From positions 2,852,001 to 2,916,000 of the forward strand of contig CM075991.1 in NCBI GenBank assembly GCA_038087875.1: 64,000 bases of DNA, in the 5' to 3' direction. The translations under genes and the position numbers were made by a program. Under the pieces are notes generated by a model. That model searched no databases and was not told where the DNA came from. It saw nothing but the letters and a program-made list of their open reading frames with translations. The stretch comes from Malacoraja senta (lineage: Eukaryota). Below, piece by piece: positions 10,841 to 25,286 of this stretch (its first letter is position 1; each line of letters starts with the position of its first letter).

Positions 10841-13800
10841 TTAACTATGCCTTCGCAAGATACACTGCCAAAGTGCTGTTCTCTATTGATGCCCTACAGA
10901 CCAAGATTTTGAACTGCAATAACTCATTGCCGTGCTAATCTCGTCTTCTGACACCATCAACACTCTTCTCCCAACTTGGATGTCAAGTCTGGCATTCTCC
11001 TGAGATCCTAACTATCACAGAAGGCAACATTTTCCATCCATTTTATATGTCAGCGAGGTTTTACACAGAAAAGGCAATGGGACTAGAGAACATCTTGGCT
11101 GTAGCATCAAAGAGCTGCACTCCAGACCCACTCCCCTCCAGTCAAGCCTTTGATACAGTAGCATCTACATGTTCATGCTTAGGTTTAGTTCACGAAAAAG
11201 CAGGAGAAAGCCAACACAGTATCATTATCATCCAGTCAATCTCCTCTCAATCATCAGTGAAATGATGACATTGCTATCAAACAGCACCCACCAGCTAATG
11301 TCCAGCTTGGGTATCCCATGTACCACCCAGCTCTAGACCTCACCTCAGCCTTGGTCCAAATATGCACCAAAGAGGTGAATGCCAGAGGTCAGATGAGCAC
11401 GATTGTGTCAGCCTTTGACCAAGTATAGACAATAGACAATAGACAATAGGTGCAGGAGTAGGCCATTTGGCCCTTTGGTATAGCATCAAGCAGCTCCAGT
11501 AGAGTGGAATCATTGGCATCAAGCGGCAAACACAGCACTGGCTAGAGTCATACCTTACAGAAAGAAAGATAATTGTGGACATTTTCGGTCAATGATCCCA
11601 GCCCCAGGACATCACCGCAGGAGTTCCTTGGGCCAAACACCTTAAAGGGCCTGTCCCACTTCGGCGACTTGCCAGCACCCGCCATAGTTGCAGCAGGTTG
11701 CCGAAACTTTTCAACATTGAAAATCCAGCAGCGACCAGAAAAAGGTACGACTCTTTGGGCGTCTACTCACCACCAAGCAGGCGTCAGCCCGCGAGTCGCA
11801 ATGTTGATTCCATTGGCAACCCTTCAGTAAACTATTCACCTGCGTGCAGCAAGTCCTGGACAACTTCAGTTGCAGGTAGCTTTCACCCTATAGGAAAGCC
11901 AGTGACCAGCTCCAACAAGAGAGAGTTTAACCCACTACTCTTGATATTAAATGGACTTATCCACAATATCACAGGACTGCATTTGACTGGAAGCTCAAAC
12001 AAAGTGGTACAAAATACTGTGGCTGCAGCAGGATAGAGGTTGGGTACCCTGCAATGAGCCGCCACCTCCTGATACCACGAAGCCTGTCCACTATCCCTAA
12101 GTCAGGAGTGTGGCGGAATATTGCCCAATTGCCTTGATGAGCGTATCTCCAACTCAGGAAACTCAACATCATCCAGAACAATACAACTAACTTGATTCCA
12201 CTCCATCCACCAACTAATTATTCATTCCATCCACAGTAGCTGCTCTTTGTATTGTTCACAAGTTAATCTCCTTGCCTATACCAATATCAAATCTGTGACC
12301 TCTGGTGCTAAAAAGGGCAAAGGCTTCAGATGGGGAACATTAGAGTCAGAGGGTAGTTAATCTCTGGACAAATAAAAACAAATATAAGCAAAATTCCATG
12401 TTGTCAGCAAAGATCATTGACCTTTTTTCTCTTTCTAATCTTATTAGCTAATAAAAAGATAAACATTTCAGCAAAATGATGATCAAAGTTACAAAGGATT
12501 TCGATAAGGTAATGGCACTGTCATTTTATCCGTTGAGTTACCATTCACATATTATGTGAACGCAGAGTTTGGCTTTGGGAACAGTATTGAGTGGGTGGGT
12601 GGGGGTAGTTAGGAAATGTGAATAGTTTGTGGCAGGAGATGGTGTTCAGAATGTGGGTTTGGAGGGTGGCTGGAGGTGGGATTCCTGGATGAGCCGGATT
12701 TGCATCGGAGCCAGGATCGGGATCAGGATGGGGATCGGGATTGGAAACAACAAGGGTCGGGAATGAAGATTGGTTTACATTGAAACTGAAACTGAAATCT
12801 ACAAGGCAATGTTATATCCACGAGGGTTTGACCATGGTGTATCAATGTACCTGAACGTCATTGCCTTTAGCTGGGTAATACTGAACAAAGTGACTACAGG
12901 ACATTTACAAAATATAATTGGCATGGTGTGATGGAAGCAAAAATATGCTTTATGAATCTAATGAGTTCTTTGTGGCAATAACCAGAATTTATAAGGTGAA
13001 ACCATTGATAGTATATCTCTGGATTTTCAAATGACCTTCAATGAGGTAGCTACATACAGCAAAGCAAGGATTAACTAGATGGTAGACAAAAAGGCTGGAG
13101 AAACTCAGCGGGTGAGGCAGCACTTAAGGAAGGGTCTCGACCCGAAACGTTGCCTTTTTCCTTCGCTCCATAGATGCTGCCTCACCCGCTGAATTTCTCC
13201 AACATTTTGTCTACCTTCGATTTTCCAGCATCTGCAGTTCCTTCTTAAACATTCACTAGATTTCTCAAGCAGGTATTGAGGACAGGTTAAAGAACAGAAA
13301 GCAGCAGGAATAAGTGGGTCATTTACAGGTTGCCAGGCCAACAGTTTACAATCCATATTAATAACTTCTATGAAGCGACCAGGTCTAATTTATTCAAACT
13401 TGCTGACAACACAAAGCTGGTGGGAAAAATTGAGCCAGAAATGTAATGGAGAGTATATAACAAGGTGGCAGATGGAGTATAATGATGAAAAATCGAGGTC
13501 ATTTACCTTGTGGGATGATTGATTTTATTTTGAAATAGTGGAAAACTATCAAATATTCGTGTTCAAGGGGATTTTAATATCTAAAACACCAGAAGTTAAC
13601 GTGAAGATTTTGGAAGCTACAATATATGGGAAAGAAATATCACATTGGTCTTTATTGTACAGGGGCCAGTAACAGAGAAAGTCTTTCTGCATTTGTACAG
13701 GACTCCTCTGTGGCTGAAACCTGTGTGCAGTTTTGGTCTCTTCTCCCCAGAGGATATGCTTGGCCTTGGATACGATGCTGTTGGATTAGTAGGGATGAGG

Positions 13801-15276
13801 GGATTCTAAAAAGTATTTACTGCAGCTTAAAAGAATAAGGATATGATATCTCTAAAATAAGAAGTCTGAAGAAGGGTCTCGACCCGAAACGTCACCCATT
13901 CCTTCTCTCCAGAGATGCTGCCTGTCCCGCTGAGTTACTCCAGCATTCTTGGTCTACCTATTGCTAAAATAAGTATTGGGGAAGCTCGACAATGAGGCAT
14001 CTAGGAGGCTATTTCCTAGGGATGATAGGTCTGGAAGCGGATACTCAGGGGAAGGTAGAAGCAAGGAATTGCAGATGTTGATTACAAAAAAAGAACACAA
14101 AGTGCTGGAGTAACCAAGTGAGACAGGCAGCATCTCTGTTGAACATGGATAGAGTCATAGAGTGATACAGTGTGGAAACAGGCCTTTCGGCCCAACTTGC
14201 CCACACTGGCCATCATGGCCCAGCTTCACCAGTTCCACCTGCATGCCATATCCCATTTGGTCCATATCCCCCCAAACCTGTCCTGTCCATGTACTGTTTC
14301 TTAAACGTTAGGATAGTCTCAGCCTCAACTACCTCCTCTGGCAGCTTGTTCCATACACCCACCACCCTTTGTGTGGAAAAGTTACATCTCTGATTCCTAA
14401 TCAATCTTTTCCCCTTCACCTTTAAACCTATGTCCTCTGGTCCTCAATTCTCCTACTCTGGGCAAGAGACTCTGTGCAGACTCTGTACCCAATCTATTCC
14501 TCTCATGATTTTATACACATAATAGGTGAAGGTGAAGTTTCAGGTCGGGACCCTTCTTCAAGTCTGAAGAATGGTCCTGACCCGAAACGTTGCCTATCCA
14601 TGTTCTGCAGGGATGCTGCTTGACCTGCTGAGTTACTCCAGCTGTCATGTCTTTTTTTCTGGGTAATTCAGGTTGCCTAACCTGTCTAATTCAGGTTGTG
14701 CCTTGTAAACTATAGGGATATGTGCCTATCAAACTCGGTTAGGTGATGTTTTGGGTCGGGAATCGTCTCAGAATTAGGGAATAAGGGCCTGTCCCAATTA
14801 GGCTATTTTTAGGCGACTGTCATAGTCGTAGCAGGTCGCTGAAAAAACGATGACTGGATCCCCCTTCGACATAAAATTTGAAATAGAATTATTACTTTAA
14901 CAACAACAAAAAAACAAAGTCAGCCAGGTGACAACCTACGTCACCTGGCGACAACTTTGAGAGCACCTACGTCAGGAGAAGTCAAGCTACGCTCATTGGC
15001 GTCAAACCCACTGTCGCCGACTGTCTCCGATATTTTTTCCAACATGTTGAAAATCCAGCGGCGACCAGAAAGACGCTACGACTTTGGGCGACTGAGGAGA
15101 CGACTCACGACCATACAGGCGACACCCTAGTCGCCTAAAAATAGCCTGTGGGACAGGCCCTTCAGCCTTTTGGAAATGAGATGCAATTTCTTCTTTCCAA
15201 AGGTTTTGAATCTTAGCAATGGCCTCTTCCTGAAGGTTACGAATTCTCAGTTGTTGAGAATATACAAGGTTATACA

Positions 15277-16015
15277 ATGTTAAAATTGTACAAGGCATTG
15301 GTGAGGCCAATTCTGGAGTATGGAGTACAATTTTGGTCGCCTAATTATAGGAAGGATGTCAACAAAATAGAGAGAGTACAGAGGAGATTTACTAGAATGT
15401 TGCCTGGGTTTCAGCAACTAAGTTACAGAGAAAGGTTGAACAGGTTAGGTACACAAAAATGCTGGAGAAACTCAGCGGGTGCAGCAGCATCTATGGAGCG
15501 AAGGAAATAGGTAACGTTTCGGGCCAAAACCCTTCTTCAGAACTTAACTTGAACAAGTTAGGTCTTTATTCTTTGGAGCGCAGAAGGTTCAGAGGGGACT
15601 TGATAGAGGTCTTTAAAATTATGAGCGGGTTAGACAGAGTGGACGTGGATAAGCTTTTCCCATTGAGAGTAGGGAAGATTCAAACAAGGGGACATGACTT
15701 GAGAATTAAGGGACAGAAGTTTAGGGGGAACATTAGGGGGAACTTCTTTACTCAGAGAGTGGTAGCTGTGTGGAATGAGCTTCCAGTGGAAGTGGTGGAG
15801 GCAGATTCGATGTTATCCTTTAAAAATAGATTGGATGGGTATATGGACGGGAAAGGAATGGAGGGTTATGGTCTGAGTGCAGGTAGATGGGACTAGGGGG
15901 AAGTATTTATTTTTAATTTAAAAAAAAAAATTAAAAAATGTTCGGCACGGACTTGAAGGGCCGAGATGGCCTGTTTCCGTGCTGTTATGGTTATATGGTT
16001 ATATGGTTATATGGT
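15277..16015 (+). mobile_element. CR1 LINE 3' fragment, (GGTTATAT)n-tailed subfamily, interrupted by a Penelope-like unit at ~15451-15548
   Basis: Nearly identical to the CR1 at 24372-24905 apart from indels. The insert is flanked by a duplicated TTGAACA(G/A)GTTAGGT. Confidence 0.9.
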
Positions 16016-18202
16016 TGAGATCAGGAGATATTTGGAAGGGACTTACAGGATAGGAGAAGCTGAGGACCAGCTGTAACTTCAGAGAAAGAAAGATCACGAC
16101 ACCTGGGTCCCTCAAATTTACAAAACACACTGTTATATCTGAGGTGTTAAAGAAGGAACTGCAGATGCTGGAAAATCGAAGGTACACAAAAATGCTGGAG
16201 AAACTCAGCGGGTGCAGCAGCATCTATGGAGCGAAGGAAATAGGCAACGTTTCGGGCCGAAATAGGGTCTGAAGAAGGGTTTCGGCCTGAAACGTTGCCT
16301 ATTTCCTTCGCTCCATAGATGCTGCTGCACCCGCTGAGTTTCTCCAGCATTTTTGTGTACCTGTTACATCTGATTACTGATTGGGAAATCTGATTTCAAG
16401 TTTTGTGCCATTTAGCTCAGCACTGTGATTTTATTACACTGTGACACAAAGTATGAAAAACACATTTGATGTGACCTTGTGTGGCGATCGTTGCATTATC
16501 TAATTGTTTTAAATGCTTTGTATCAATACACATTGATCTTTTAATTGCTGAAAAAGGCAAAATGTTCCAATTAAACTCAGACCAACTATAAATTGCTGAG
16601 GCACAAGAAACGGCAGATTCTGGAATCTTGAGAAAAGCACAGAGTGCTGGAGGAACTCAGCAGGTCAAAGGTTGAGAAAGCAAATGTTCTTCTCCTCACC
16701 TTCCTGTCCTCGGCCTCCTCCATTGCAAAATTGAGGCCACGTGGAAACCGGAAGTGCAGCACCTCTATTCCACTTGGGTAGCTTACAACCCAACAATATG
16801 AAATTTGAATTCTCCAACTTCAAGTAATTCCCCCCCCTCCCCTCCCCCTCCCCTCCCCCTTCATTCCCATGACCGCCCTCACCCCCCACCCACCCCCCCC
16901 GAGCAATCCCACTTTCCTATCTCCCACCAACCCAGTCATCCTGCCCCAGTCCCCCATTTGACTTTTATCCCCCCCTTTATCCCCCTCCCCTTTCCAGTCT
17001 CTGCCCCCCCACTCTCCCGTCGCCTTCTACCCTCATCTCTCCCTCCAGCTTTACGTTTTACTACTCTGCTCCTCATCAAACATCCATTTGTCCCGTCACC
17101 TCTAGACTTTATCACTTACTCCAAACATCTTCAAATCAAACCATCACCTGTATCCATCCATCACCTATATCCACCAATTACTGGCTCGGCTTGTCCCCAA
17201 CACCCCCCCCCCCCCCCCCTCACCTCCCTTTTCCAGTCTCGTCTCCACTTCCTGCTACAATCAGTCTGAAGAAGGGTCCTGACCCAAAATAGACCCAAAA
17301 AGCTGGAGTAACTCAGGCAGCGTCTCTGGAGAGAAGGAATGGGTGACATTTCGGGTTCCTCACACCCAAAACATGGTCTGTCGATCACCTCCACAGATGC
17401 TGTCTGACCCGCTAGGTTCGTCCAGCAGTGTGTGTGTTTTGCTAAAATTGCTGAGGCTGGGTTGAGCTTCTCCCAATGTTTGGGGATTGAAAGCTATTGA
17501 AGAGCCGGTGAGCTTTGACTCCGTAACTGCAGCAATACTGGGCAAAATTGTAAACAGTTTAATTCAGACCCTGTTCACGTTTGAGACATAATCACCCATT
17601 AGCTGAATGGGTAATAGCAGTTGCTGCAGGTCAGTTTGGTCTGATGGGCGCAAGCTGCGTAATAACACATCATTACTCCCGTACAGTTAAGATTTATTGT
17701 TGCATTATTGAACAGCGCCCTTCAAACACCATCAAAACAACCTGCAGCAGCAAAATGGAGAGGGAGATGATTACTGGTTTAGATGCAATCTGCTTTGTGT
17801 TGTAAATGTTTAGATAGCTTAGCTAAAACAAGTGCATGACAAACATTACCAAAAAGATGATTGCAGGATCTAAAAAATCTGATCTGATCTTAAAAATCCC
17901 CTTGCAATTTGCTGTTCTGTTGGCAATCTCCCCACTACCGCACACAGCTTCCTGACTGGAAAAATATGTTGTTACGCTTTTATCCCCGGAGCAACAATCC
18001 TGGACTTGCCAAGTTAAAGTGTGATTCTAGCACCATCAGAGCAGCAGTTCAATATGATTTCATCACCATAACCACCACAGCCACCCAAGTGCAAAGATAG
18101 ATCAGAAGTAAATGTGGTCCCATCGAAGCGAAACAGATGAACCTCTGCTCCAGCAAGCACATTTCCCAATATGATGACATACTGCACATCCTGCAAAAGT
18201 GA

Positions 18203-18660
18203 TAGAAGAATTAGGCCATTCGGCCCATCAAATCTACTCCGCCATTCAATCATGGCTGATCTATCACTCTCACCTAACCCCATTCTCCTGCCTTCTCCCC
18301 ATCACCTCTGACACCAGTACTAATCAAGAATCTATCTATCTCTGCTTTAAAAATATCCACTGACTTGGCCTCCACAGCCTTCTGTGGCAAAGAATTCCAC
18401 AGATTCACCACCCTCTGACTTAAGAAATTTCTCTTCATCTCCTTCCTAAAAGAACGTCCTTTAATTCTTAGGCTGTAACCTTTTAGTCCTAGACTCTCCC
18501 ACTAGTGAAAACATCCTCTCCACATCCACTCTATCCAGGCCTTTCACTATTCTGTACGTTTCAATGAGGCCCCCCTCATTCTTCTAAACTCCAGCGAGTA
18601 CAGGCCCAGTGCCGACAAACGCGCATCATGGGTTAACCTACCCGTTTCTGGGGATCATTC
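18203..18660 (-). mobile_element. CR1 LINE 3' fragment
   Basis: Reverse complement of a CR1 ORF2 end and 3' UTR, ~65 bp from the GCK exon 7 donor. Confidence 0.8.
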
Positions 18661-18725
18661 TACAATGATGCAACTCTACATAGCAGTAGGAATATTGAGT
18701 ATGGATATTTTGCGTTGGTACTTAC

Positions 18726-18909
18726 AACTGGTATCCTGGATTGATAGATGTCTCGTCAATAATACAATCATATTCCAGACGGAACTCCTCAAGTTCACCC
18801 GTGTCTCCAAACCCACCCCACTCTGTGTTCACGCACATTCTCCCTTCTTCCCCTTCCACTAGCTCCACATTTTTCATTTCCTCCATGTAGCAAGCATTAC
18901 AGCCGGTGC
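18726..18909 (-). CDS. GCK: Glucokinase exon 7 (184 nt)
   Basis: TAG|GC ACC...CAG TT|GTAAG; (G)[60 protein letters not shown](L). Confidence 0.97.
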
Positions 18910-21095
18910 CTAGAAGCAGAGGAACAGGTATGTTATTAGATCAAAGTTAAGTTGTTTGGCCCCGCAGTGCCAAAGGCTATTTATTTTCGAGAAGATAGCA
19001 AAACAAAACCGCTGCAAACCTGAAGTAAGAAAGCAGAAAATGCTGAAAATACTCAGCATGTCAAGCAGTATCTGTGGTGAGAGAGAAAAAAATAAAATGT
19101 CAATCTTTGATGTTTCATCAGAACTTAGGCACAAAAAGCTGGTGTAACTCAGCGGGACAGGCAGCATCTCTGGAGAGAAGGAATGGGTGACGACTCGGGT
19201 AGAGACCCTTCTGCAGACACAATACGTCACGCATTCCTTCCCTCCAGAGATGCTGCCTGAACCGGTGAGTTACTCGAGCTTTTTGTGTCTATCTTTGGTT
19301 TAAACCGGCATATGCAGTTCCTTCCGACGCATGTGATATGGGGAGCATATTGCCGGTTTCATCATTAAACCATCCTTATTTAAAGTGCATACTGAACATT
19401 TTAAATTTTAATAATACATTCACTGGAGGTTTCTGTTATCAGCAACATCCCACCAATTGTGGAATATTTCAACGTGGGAATATTCATCAAAACCCTGGTG
19501 AGGGTTCAACCGACAGCTGCAATTATTAAAGTGCTTACTCCATCTGGCAGCATCAAGAAATTTATCTGAACCTAGAATATAAAAGCAGGGATGTAATGCT
19601 GAGGTTTTATAAGGCGTTGGTCAGACCACTTTTGGAGTATTATGAGCAGTTTTGGGCCCGATATCTGAAGATGCATGTGTTGGCTTTGGAGAGCGTTCAG
19701 AGGTCCTGGGGGTGATTGGGGCTAAAGTATGATGAGCATTTAATGGCTCTGGGCCTGTACTCGGTGGAGTTTAGAAGGTGGAGGGGGGCTCCCATTGAAA
19801 CTTACCAAATAGTGAAAGGCCTGGATGAAGTGGATGTTGAGAGGATGCTTCCATTAGTGGGTAAGTCTAGCACCAGAGAGCACAGCTTCAGAATAAAAGG
19901 ACGTACTTTTAAAAAGGAGATGAGGAGGAATTTCTTTAGCCAGAGGGAGGTGAATGTTTGGAATTAATTGCTACATATAGCCAATGAGGCCAAGTCGTTG
20001 GATATTTTTAAACAGAGATTGGCAGATTGGTAAGTGTGTCAAAGGTTGCGGGAAGATGACAGGAGAGTGGGATTGGGAGTGAAAGATAGGATCAGCCATG
20101 ATTGAATGGCGGGGTAGACTCGATATGCCGAATGGCCCAATTCTGCTCCTATGACATGAATATAAATTTCTCAACGTTAATCAGAGATTAACATCTGGTT
20201 TTCACTCTTTGATTTTGGTTGCCAATCAAATTCTCTCTTTAATATCCAGAACCTATCCCAACCTGTATTTCATTTGGTGCCACATTTTAGCAACAAGGTA
20301 ATATCACTTTCTGTGCTCTGAGCCAGGTTGTTAGAATCATTTATTTTCTTAATCAATGATACAAAGTGCTGGAGCAACTAAGCGGGTCGGGCAGCAACTC
20401 TGGAGAACATGGATAGGCGATGTTTTGGGTTTGGACACTTGTTCCAATGCAAAACCTTACCGATCCATGTTCTCCTGAGATGCTGCCCGACCCGCTGAGT
20501 TACTCCAGCACTTTGTGTCTCTTTTCGTCAAACAGCATCTGCAGTTCCTTGTGTCTAGTCTTTACTTCTGCCTGGTGCGAGGCAATGTCAAGTGTAATGG
20601 CAGATTCCACCTGACATTGGATATTCACCATGTTGATAGCCTCAGGCATGAATGTACACGGTGGCATGGTGCTGCAGTAGAGGGTGCTCTCGCCTTCACA
20701 TCTCCAGCAACACTGACCTCTGGTGCTGACTGTGTGGAGTTTGCATGTCCTTGCTAAGACTGTGTGGCTTTCCTCCAGCTGGTCTGGATTCCTCCCACAA
20801 TCCAGAGTGCTGGTTGGTGGGTTAACTGACGACTGTAGATCACCTTCCACTGTTAGTGGGTGGCAGGACGATCATGGTGGAGTTGGGTACACGAGAGAGA
20901 ATTGGTTATAATTTAGTGTGGGAATGGGATTAACGGAATTGTTGTGAAAGACAACGTAGACTTGATGGGCCAAATGGCCTCTTGTGAATAAAATATGAAA
21001 CAGCAGATCATCTCTTCGGTCCCGTGCCCTTGGCCATAGGGTGCACGATGATTCAGACTTCATTCCTCATACGTTTCCGATTCTAATATGCTTCA

Positions 21096-21218
<123 letters not shown>

Positions 21219-21995
21219 CTACAATAAAAGAGAAGTATTAAAATATACATTTCATATTCTCCAATTGAATTTAGTTAAGAATAAGGGATAAAGCATGTGA
21301 TTTATAAACCTCACACAATACTTGTAACTGCCCAACTGTGCTCATTCCTTTAGTTATATTGTCCTTTAGATATGGCCAAAAAGGTCGATGAGGGCAGAGC
21401 TGTAGATGTTGTATATATGGATTTCAGCAAGGCATTCGACAAAGTTCCACATGGTAGGCTGCTCTGGAAGGTTAGAGGGCATGGGATCTAAGGAGAGATA
21501 GCTGAATGGATAGAAAATTGGCTTCATGGAAGGAAGCAGAGGGTGATGGTGGAAGGTTGCTTCTCGGACTGGAGGCCTATTACTAGTGGTGTGCCTCAAG
21601 GTTTGGTGCTGGGCCCATTGCTGTTTGCCATCTATGTCAATCATTTATTTAGACAAGAACGTATATGGTAAGATGAGCAAGTTTGCAGATGATACAAAAG
21701 TGGGTGGTATTGTAGACAGTGAAGAAGGCTGTCTAAAGTTGCAGCAGGATCTTGATCGGTCGGCCAGGTGGGCTGAGGAATGGTTGATGGAATTTAATAC
21801 AGAGAAATGTGAGGTGTTGCATTTTGGGAAGTCTAACATGGCCAGAGCCTACAAAGTACAATGGTAGGCCTTGTAGAGCAGAGGGATCTAGGAGTGCAAG
21901 TGCATGGTTCCTTGAAAGTGGCGTCACAGGTAGATAGGGTGGTCATAAAGGCGTTTGATACATTGGCCTTCATCAGTCAGAGTATTGAGTATAGA

Positions 21996-22401
21996 TATTC
22001 CGTATCCGACCTCTCTGTCCTGCTCCCGGTGGCTCAGCACTTCAACTCCCCCTCCCACTCCGTATCCGACCTCTCTGTCCTGGGTCTCCTCCATGGCCAG
22101 AGCAAGCAACACCGGAAATTGGAGGAACAGCACCTCATATTCCTCTTGGGGAGTCTGCATCCTGGGGGCATGAACATTGAATTCTCCCAATTTTGTTAGC
22201 CCTTGCCGTCTCCTCCCCTTCCTCAGCCCTCGGGCTGTCTCCTCCCATCCCTCAGCCGTCGGGCTCCTCCTCCGCCTTTTTCCTTTCTTCTCCCCACCCC
22301 CCATCAGTCTGAAGAAGGGTTTCGGCCCGAAACGTTGCCTATTTCCTTCGCTCCATAGATGCTGCTGCACCCGCTGAGTTTCTCCAGCATTTTTGTCTAC
22401 C
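21996..22401 (+). mobile_element. Penelope-like element 3' fragment (endonuclease tail plus terminal repeat)
   Basis: LPVAQHFNSPSHS...KLEEQHLIFLLGSLHPGGMNIEFS followed by CTGAAGAAGGGTTTCGGCCCGAAAC; flanked by a duplicated ATTGAGTATA. Confidence 0.75.
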
Positions 22402-22412
22402 CATTGAGTATA

Positions 22413-25286
22413 ATCATAAATAATAAAAGCTTTATTTCAGACACAGGTCCATAGAACACATCAAACAGTATAAGGAGATACAAAAATACATATAAAATTG
22501 CATATTAGCCTATAAGATATACAAGCTATTGCACCAATGCCGTCTTAGCCTAGAAGTGAATCTATAGCAGCTTTTCAGAGGGCTGACTAGGGCTTCAATT
22601 ATGTGGTTCTCTGACTTATCCAGGCGACACATAAAACTAAACATCAGCTGTCTTAAGAGTGCCTCACAGGTTGGCACTCTAGTGGACACAAACAATTGAC
22701 TGGCACTATGCCATCTAGGGACACGAAGTAGCAACCTCATTGCATCATTGTATGCTACCTTGAGCCTCTGCATACTCTTTTTCTTATAATTAGGCCACAA
22801 TTGAGCAGTATATAACGGTGTGATGTAGGTTCTGAACAGTGAACACTTCACAGAGTCAGAGCACATAGAAAACTTCCTTATAAGCATGTTAGCTTGAAGA
22901 TAAATGTGACAGCGCTGTCGGTAGAGGTCTTTGTCATCCGTCCAGTCATCAGATATGACATGACCTAGGTATTTAATTTCCTCACACACAGCAAGAGGAC
23001 TGTCTGACAAATAAAAAGTCGGAAAAGTTGATTTCCTGTCCTCAGCGCTTCTAACTATCATTATGCGGCTTTTCTTAGCGTAATACTTGATGTCATAATC
23101 AAGGCCATACTGAGAGCACACCTTCAGCATCTGCTGCAGCCCAACACTATATGGACAGAGCAGGACCAGGTCGTCTGCATACATAAGATGATTAACAATA
23201 GTGTTGCCCACAAGACAGCCAGTTTTTAACCTATTTAACTGATTTGACAATTCATCCATATAAACATAAATAAAATAGGAGACAAAATTCCTCCTTGCTG
23301 CACTCCGTTACTAACACAGAATGGAGCAGATACAACATTGTCCCATTTAACCTGAAACGTTTGATGGGCATACCAAAACACTAAAATTCTCACTAAGAAT
23401 TTAGGGGCACCTCTATCTAGCAATTTTACAAACAATTGTTCATGATTCATTCTATCAAATGCCTTGGACGCATCAATAAAACATAAAAATACGGATGAAT
23501 TCAGACTTGTGTACCTGAACACAATCTCTTTAAGAGCATAGATACACAGGTCAGTTCCATGTTTTCTTTTGAACCCAAACTGATTGTCAGTAGTAAGGAC
23601 ATACATTTCTAGCTTTGTCAACAGTATTCTCTCCAGTACTTTAGATAAGATACTGGCTAATGCAATAGGTCGGTATGGATTTGTGCCTGGAAGGTCATGC
23701 TTGACTAATCTTCTTGAATTTTTCGAAGAGGTTACTAGGGAAATTGATGAGGGTAAAGCAGTGGATGTTGTCTATATGGACTTCAGTAAGGCCTTTGACA
23801 AGGTTCCTCATGGAAGGTTGGTTAAGAAGATTCAATTGTTGGGTATTAATGGTGGAGTAGCAAGATGGATTCAACAGTGGCTGAATGGGAGATGCCAGAG
23901 AGTAATGGTGGATGGCTGTTTGTCAGGTTGGAGGCCGGTGACTAGTGGGGTGCCTCAGGGGTCTGTGTTGGGTCCACTGTTGTTTGTCATGTACATCAAT
24001 GATCTGGATGATGGTGTGGAAAATTGGATTAGTAAGTATGCAGATGATACTAAGATAGGTGGTGTTGTGGATAATGAAGTAGATTTTCAAAGTCTACAGA
24101 GAGATTTAGGCCATTTGGAAGAGTGGGCTGAAAGATGGCAGATGGAGTTTAATGCTGACAAATGTGAGGTGCTACATCTTGGCAGGACAAATCAAAATAG
24201 GACGTACACGGTAAATGGTAGCGAATTGAGGAATGCAGTTGAACAGAGGGATCTAGGAATAACTGTGCATAGTTCCCTGAAGGTGGAATCTCATGTAGAT
24301 AGGGTGGTAAAGAAAGCTTTTGGTGTGCTGGCCTTTATAAATCAGAGCATTGAATATAGAAGTTGGGATGTAATGTTAAAATTGTACAAGGCATTGGTGA
24401 GGCCAATTCTGGAGTATGGAGTACAATTTTGGTTGCCTAATTATAGGAAGGATGTCAACAAAATAGAGAGAGTACAGAGGAGATTTACTAGAATGTTGCC
24501 TGGGTTTCAGCAACTAAGTTACAGAGAAAGGTTGAACAAGTTAGGTCTTTATTCTTTGGAGCGCAGAAGGTTAAGAGGGGACTTGATAGAGGTCTTTAAA
24601 ATTATGAGCGGGTTAGACAGAGTGGACGTGGATAAGCTTTTCCCATTGAGAGTAGGGAAGATTCAAACAAGGGGACATGACTTGAGAATTAAGGGACAGA
24701 AGTTTAGGGGGAACATTAGGGGGAACTTTTTTACTCAGAGAGTGGTAGCTGTGTGGAATGAGCTTCCAGTGGAAGTGGTGGAGGCAGGTTCGATGTTATC
24801 CTTTAAAAATAGATTGGATGGGTAAAATGTTCGGCACGGACTTGAAGGGCCGAGATGGCCTGTTTCCGTGCTGTTATGGTTATATGGTTATATGGTTATA
24901 TATATGGTAATTATCAATACTGTTGAGCTTACCAGCCTTATCTTTAAGCACAGGCACTAACATTACAGACATAATAGCATTTGGCAGGACACCATGAAGC
25001 AGACAACCATTAAAGCACATGGAAAGCAAAGGGCAGAGCTTATAGCTGGCATATTTTAGATGTTCTGCAGTAATGCAGTCCATACCGCAGGCTTTGTTGT
25101 TATCCAACATGTTAATGGCATCATAGACATCTGCTGCCCTAACTACCATATCTACAGAGAGAGCAATATGTTCATGATTGATTCTAACTGGGTTACTTTT
25201 AACAGTTAAAAAGGTTACGGTGGTGCTCACACCAACTCTCAGCTATATTTTCTGGGCTACTAACACCTTCAATGTCAGACGGTAGG
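22413..25286 (-). mobile_element. Non-LTR retrotransposon RT region (RTE-X-like), 5'-truncated
   Basis: NKACGMDCITAEHLKY...NY|RPIAL...QFGFK...FIDASKAFD...GVQQGGILSP...MYADD; AT-rich 3' tail. The clade assignment is by recalled similarity only. Confidence 0.75.
23676..24905 (+). mobile_element. Young CR1 LINE inserted into the RTE-X-like element
   Basis: Open RT frame (GVPQGSVLGP, YADD), (GGTTATAT)n tail and GGTA duplication that splits the host NYRPI motif. Confidence 0.93.

Noticed and set aside
23584..24825. 413-aa ORF (also the 382-aa ORF at 2103 and the 472-aa ORF at 58907) as host genes or autonomous LINEs
   Set aside because: All are 5'-truncated CR1 ORF2 pieces lacking the endonuclease and ORF1; the N-termini of the 413-aa and 382-aa ORFs come from flanking DNA
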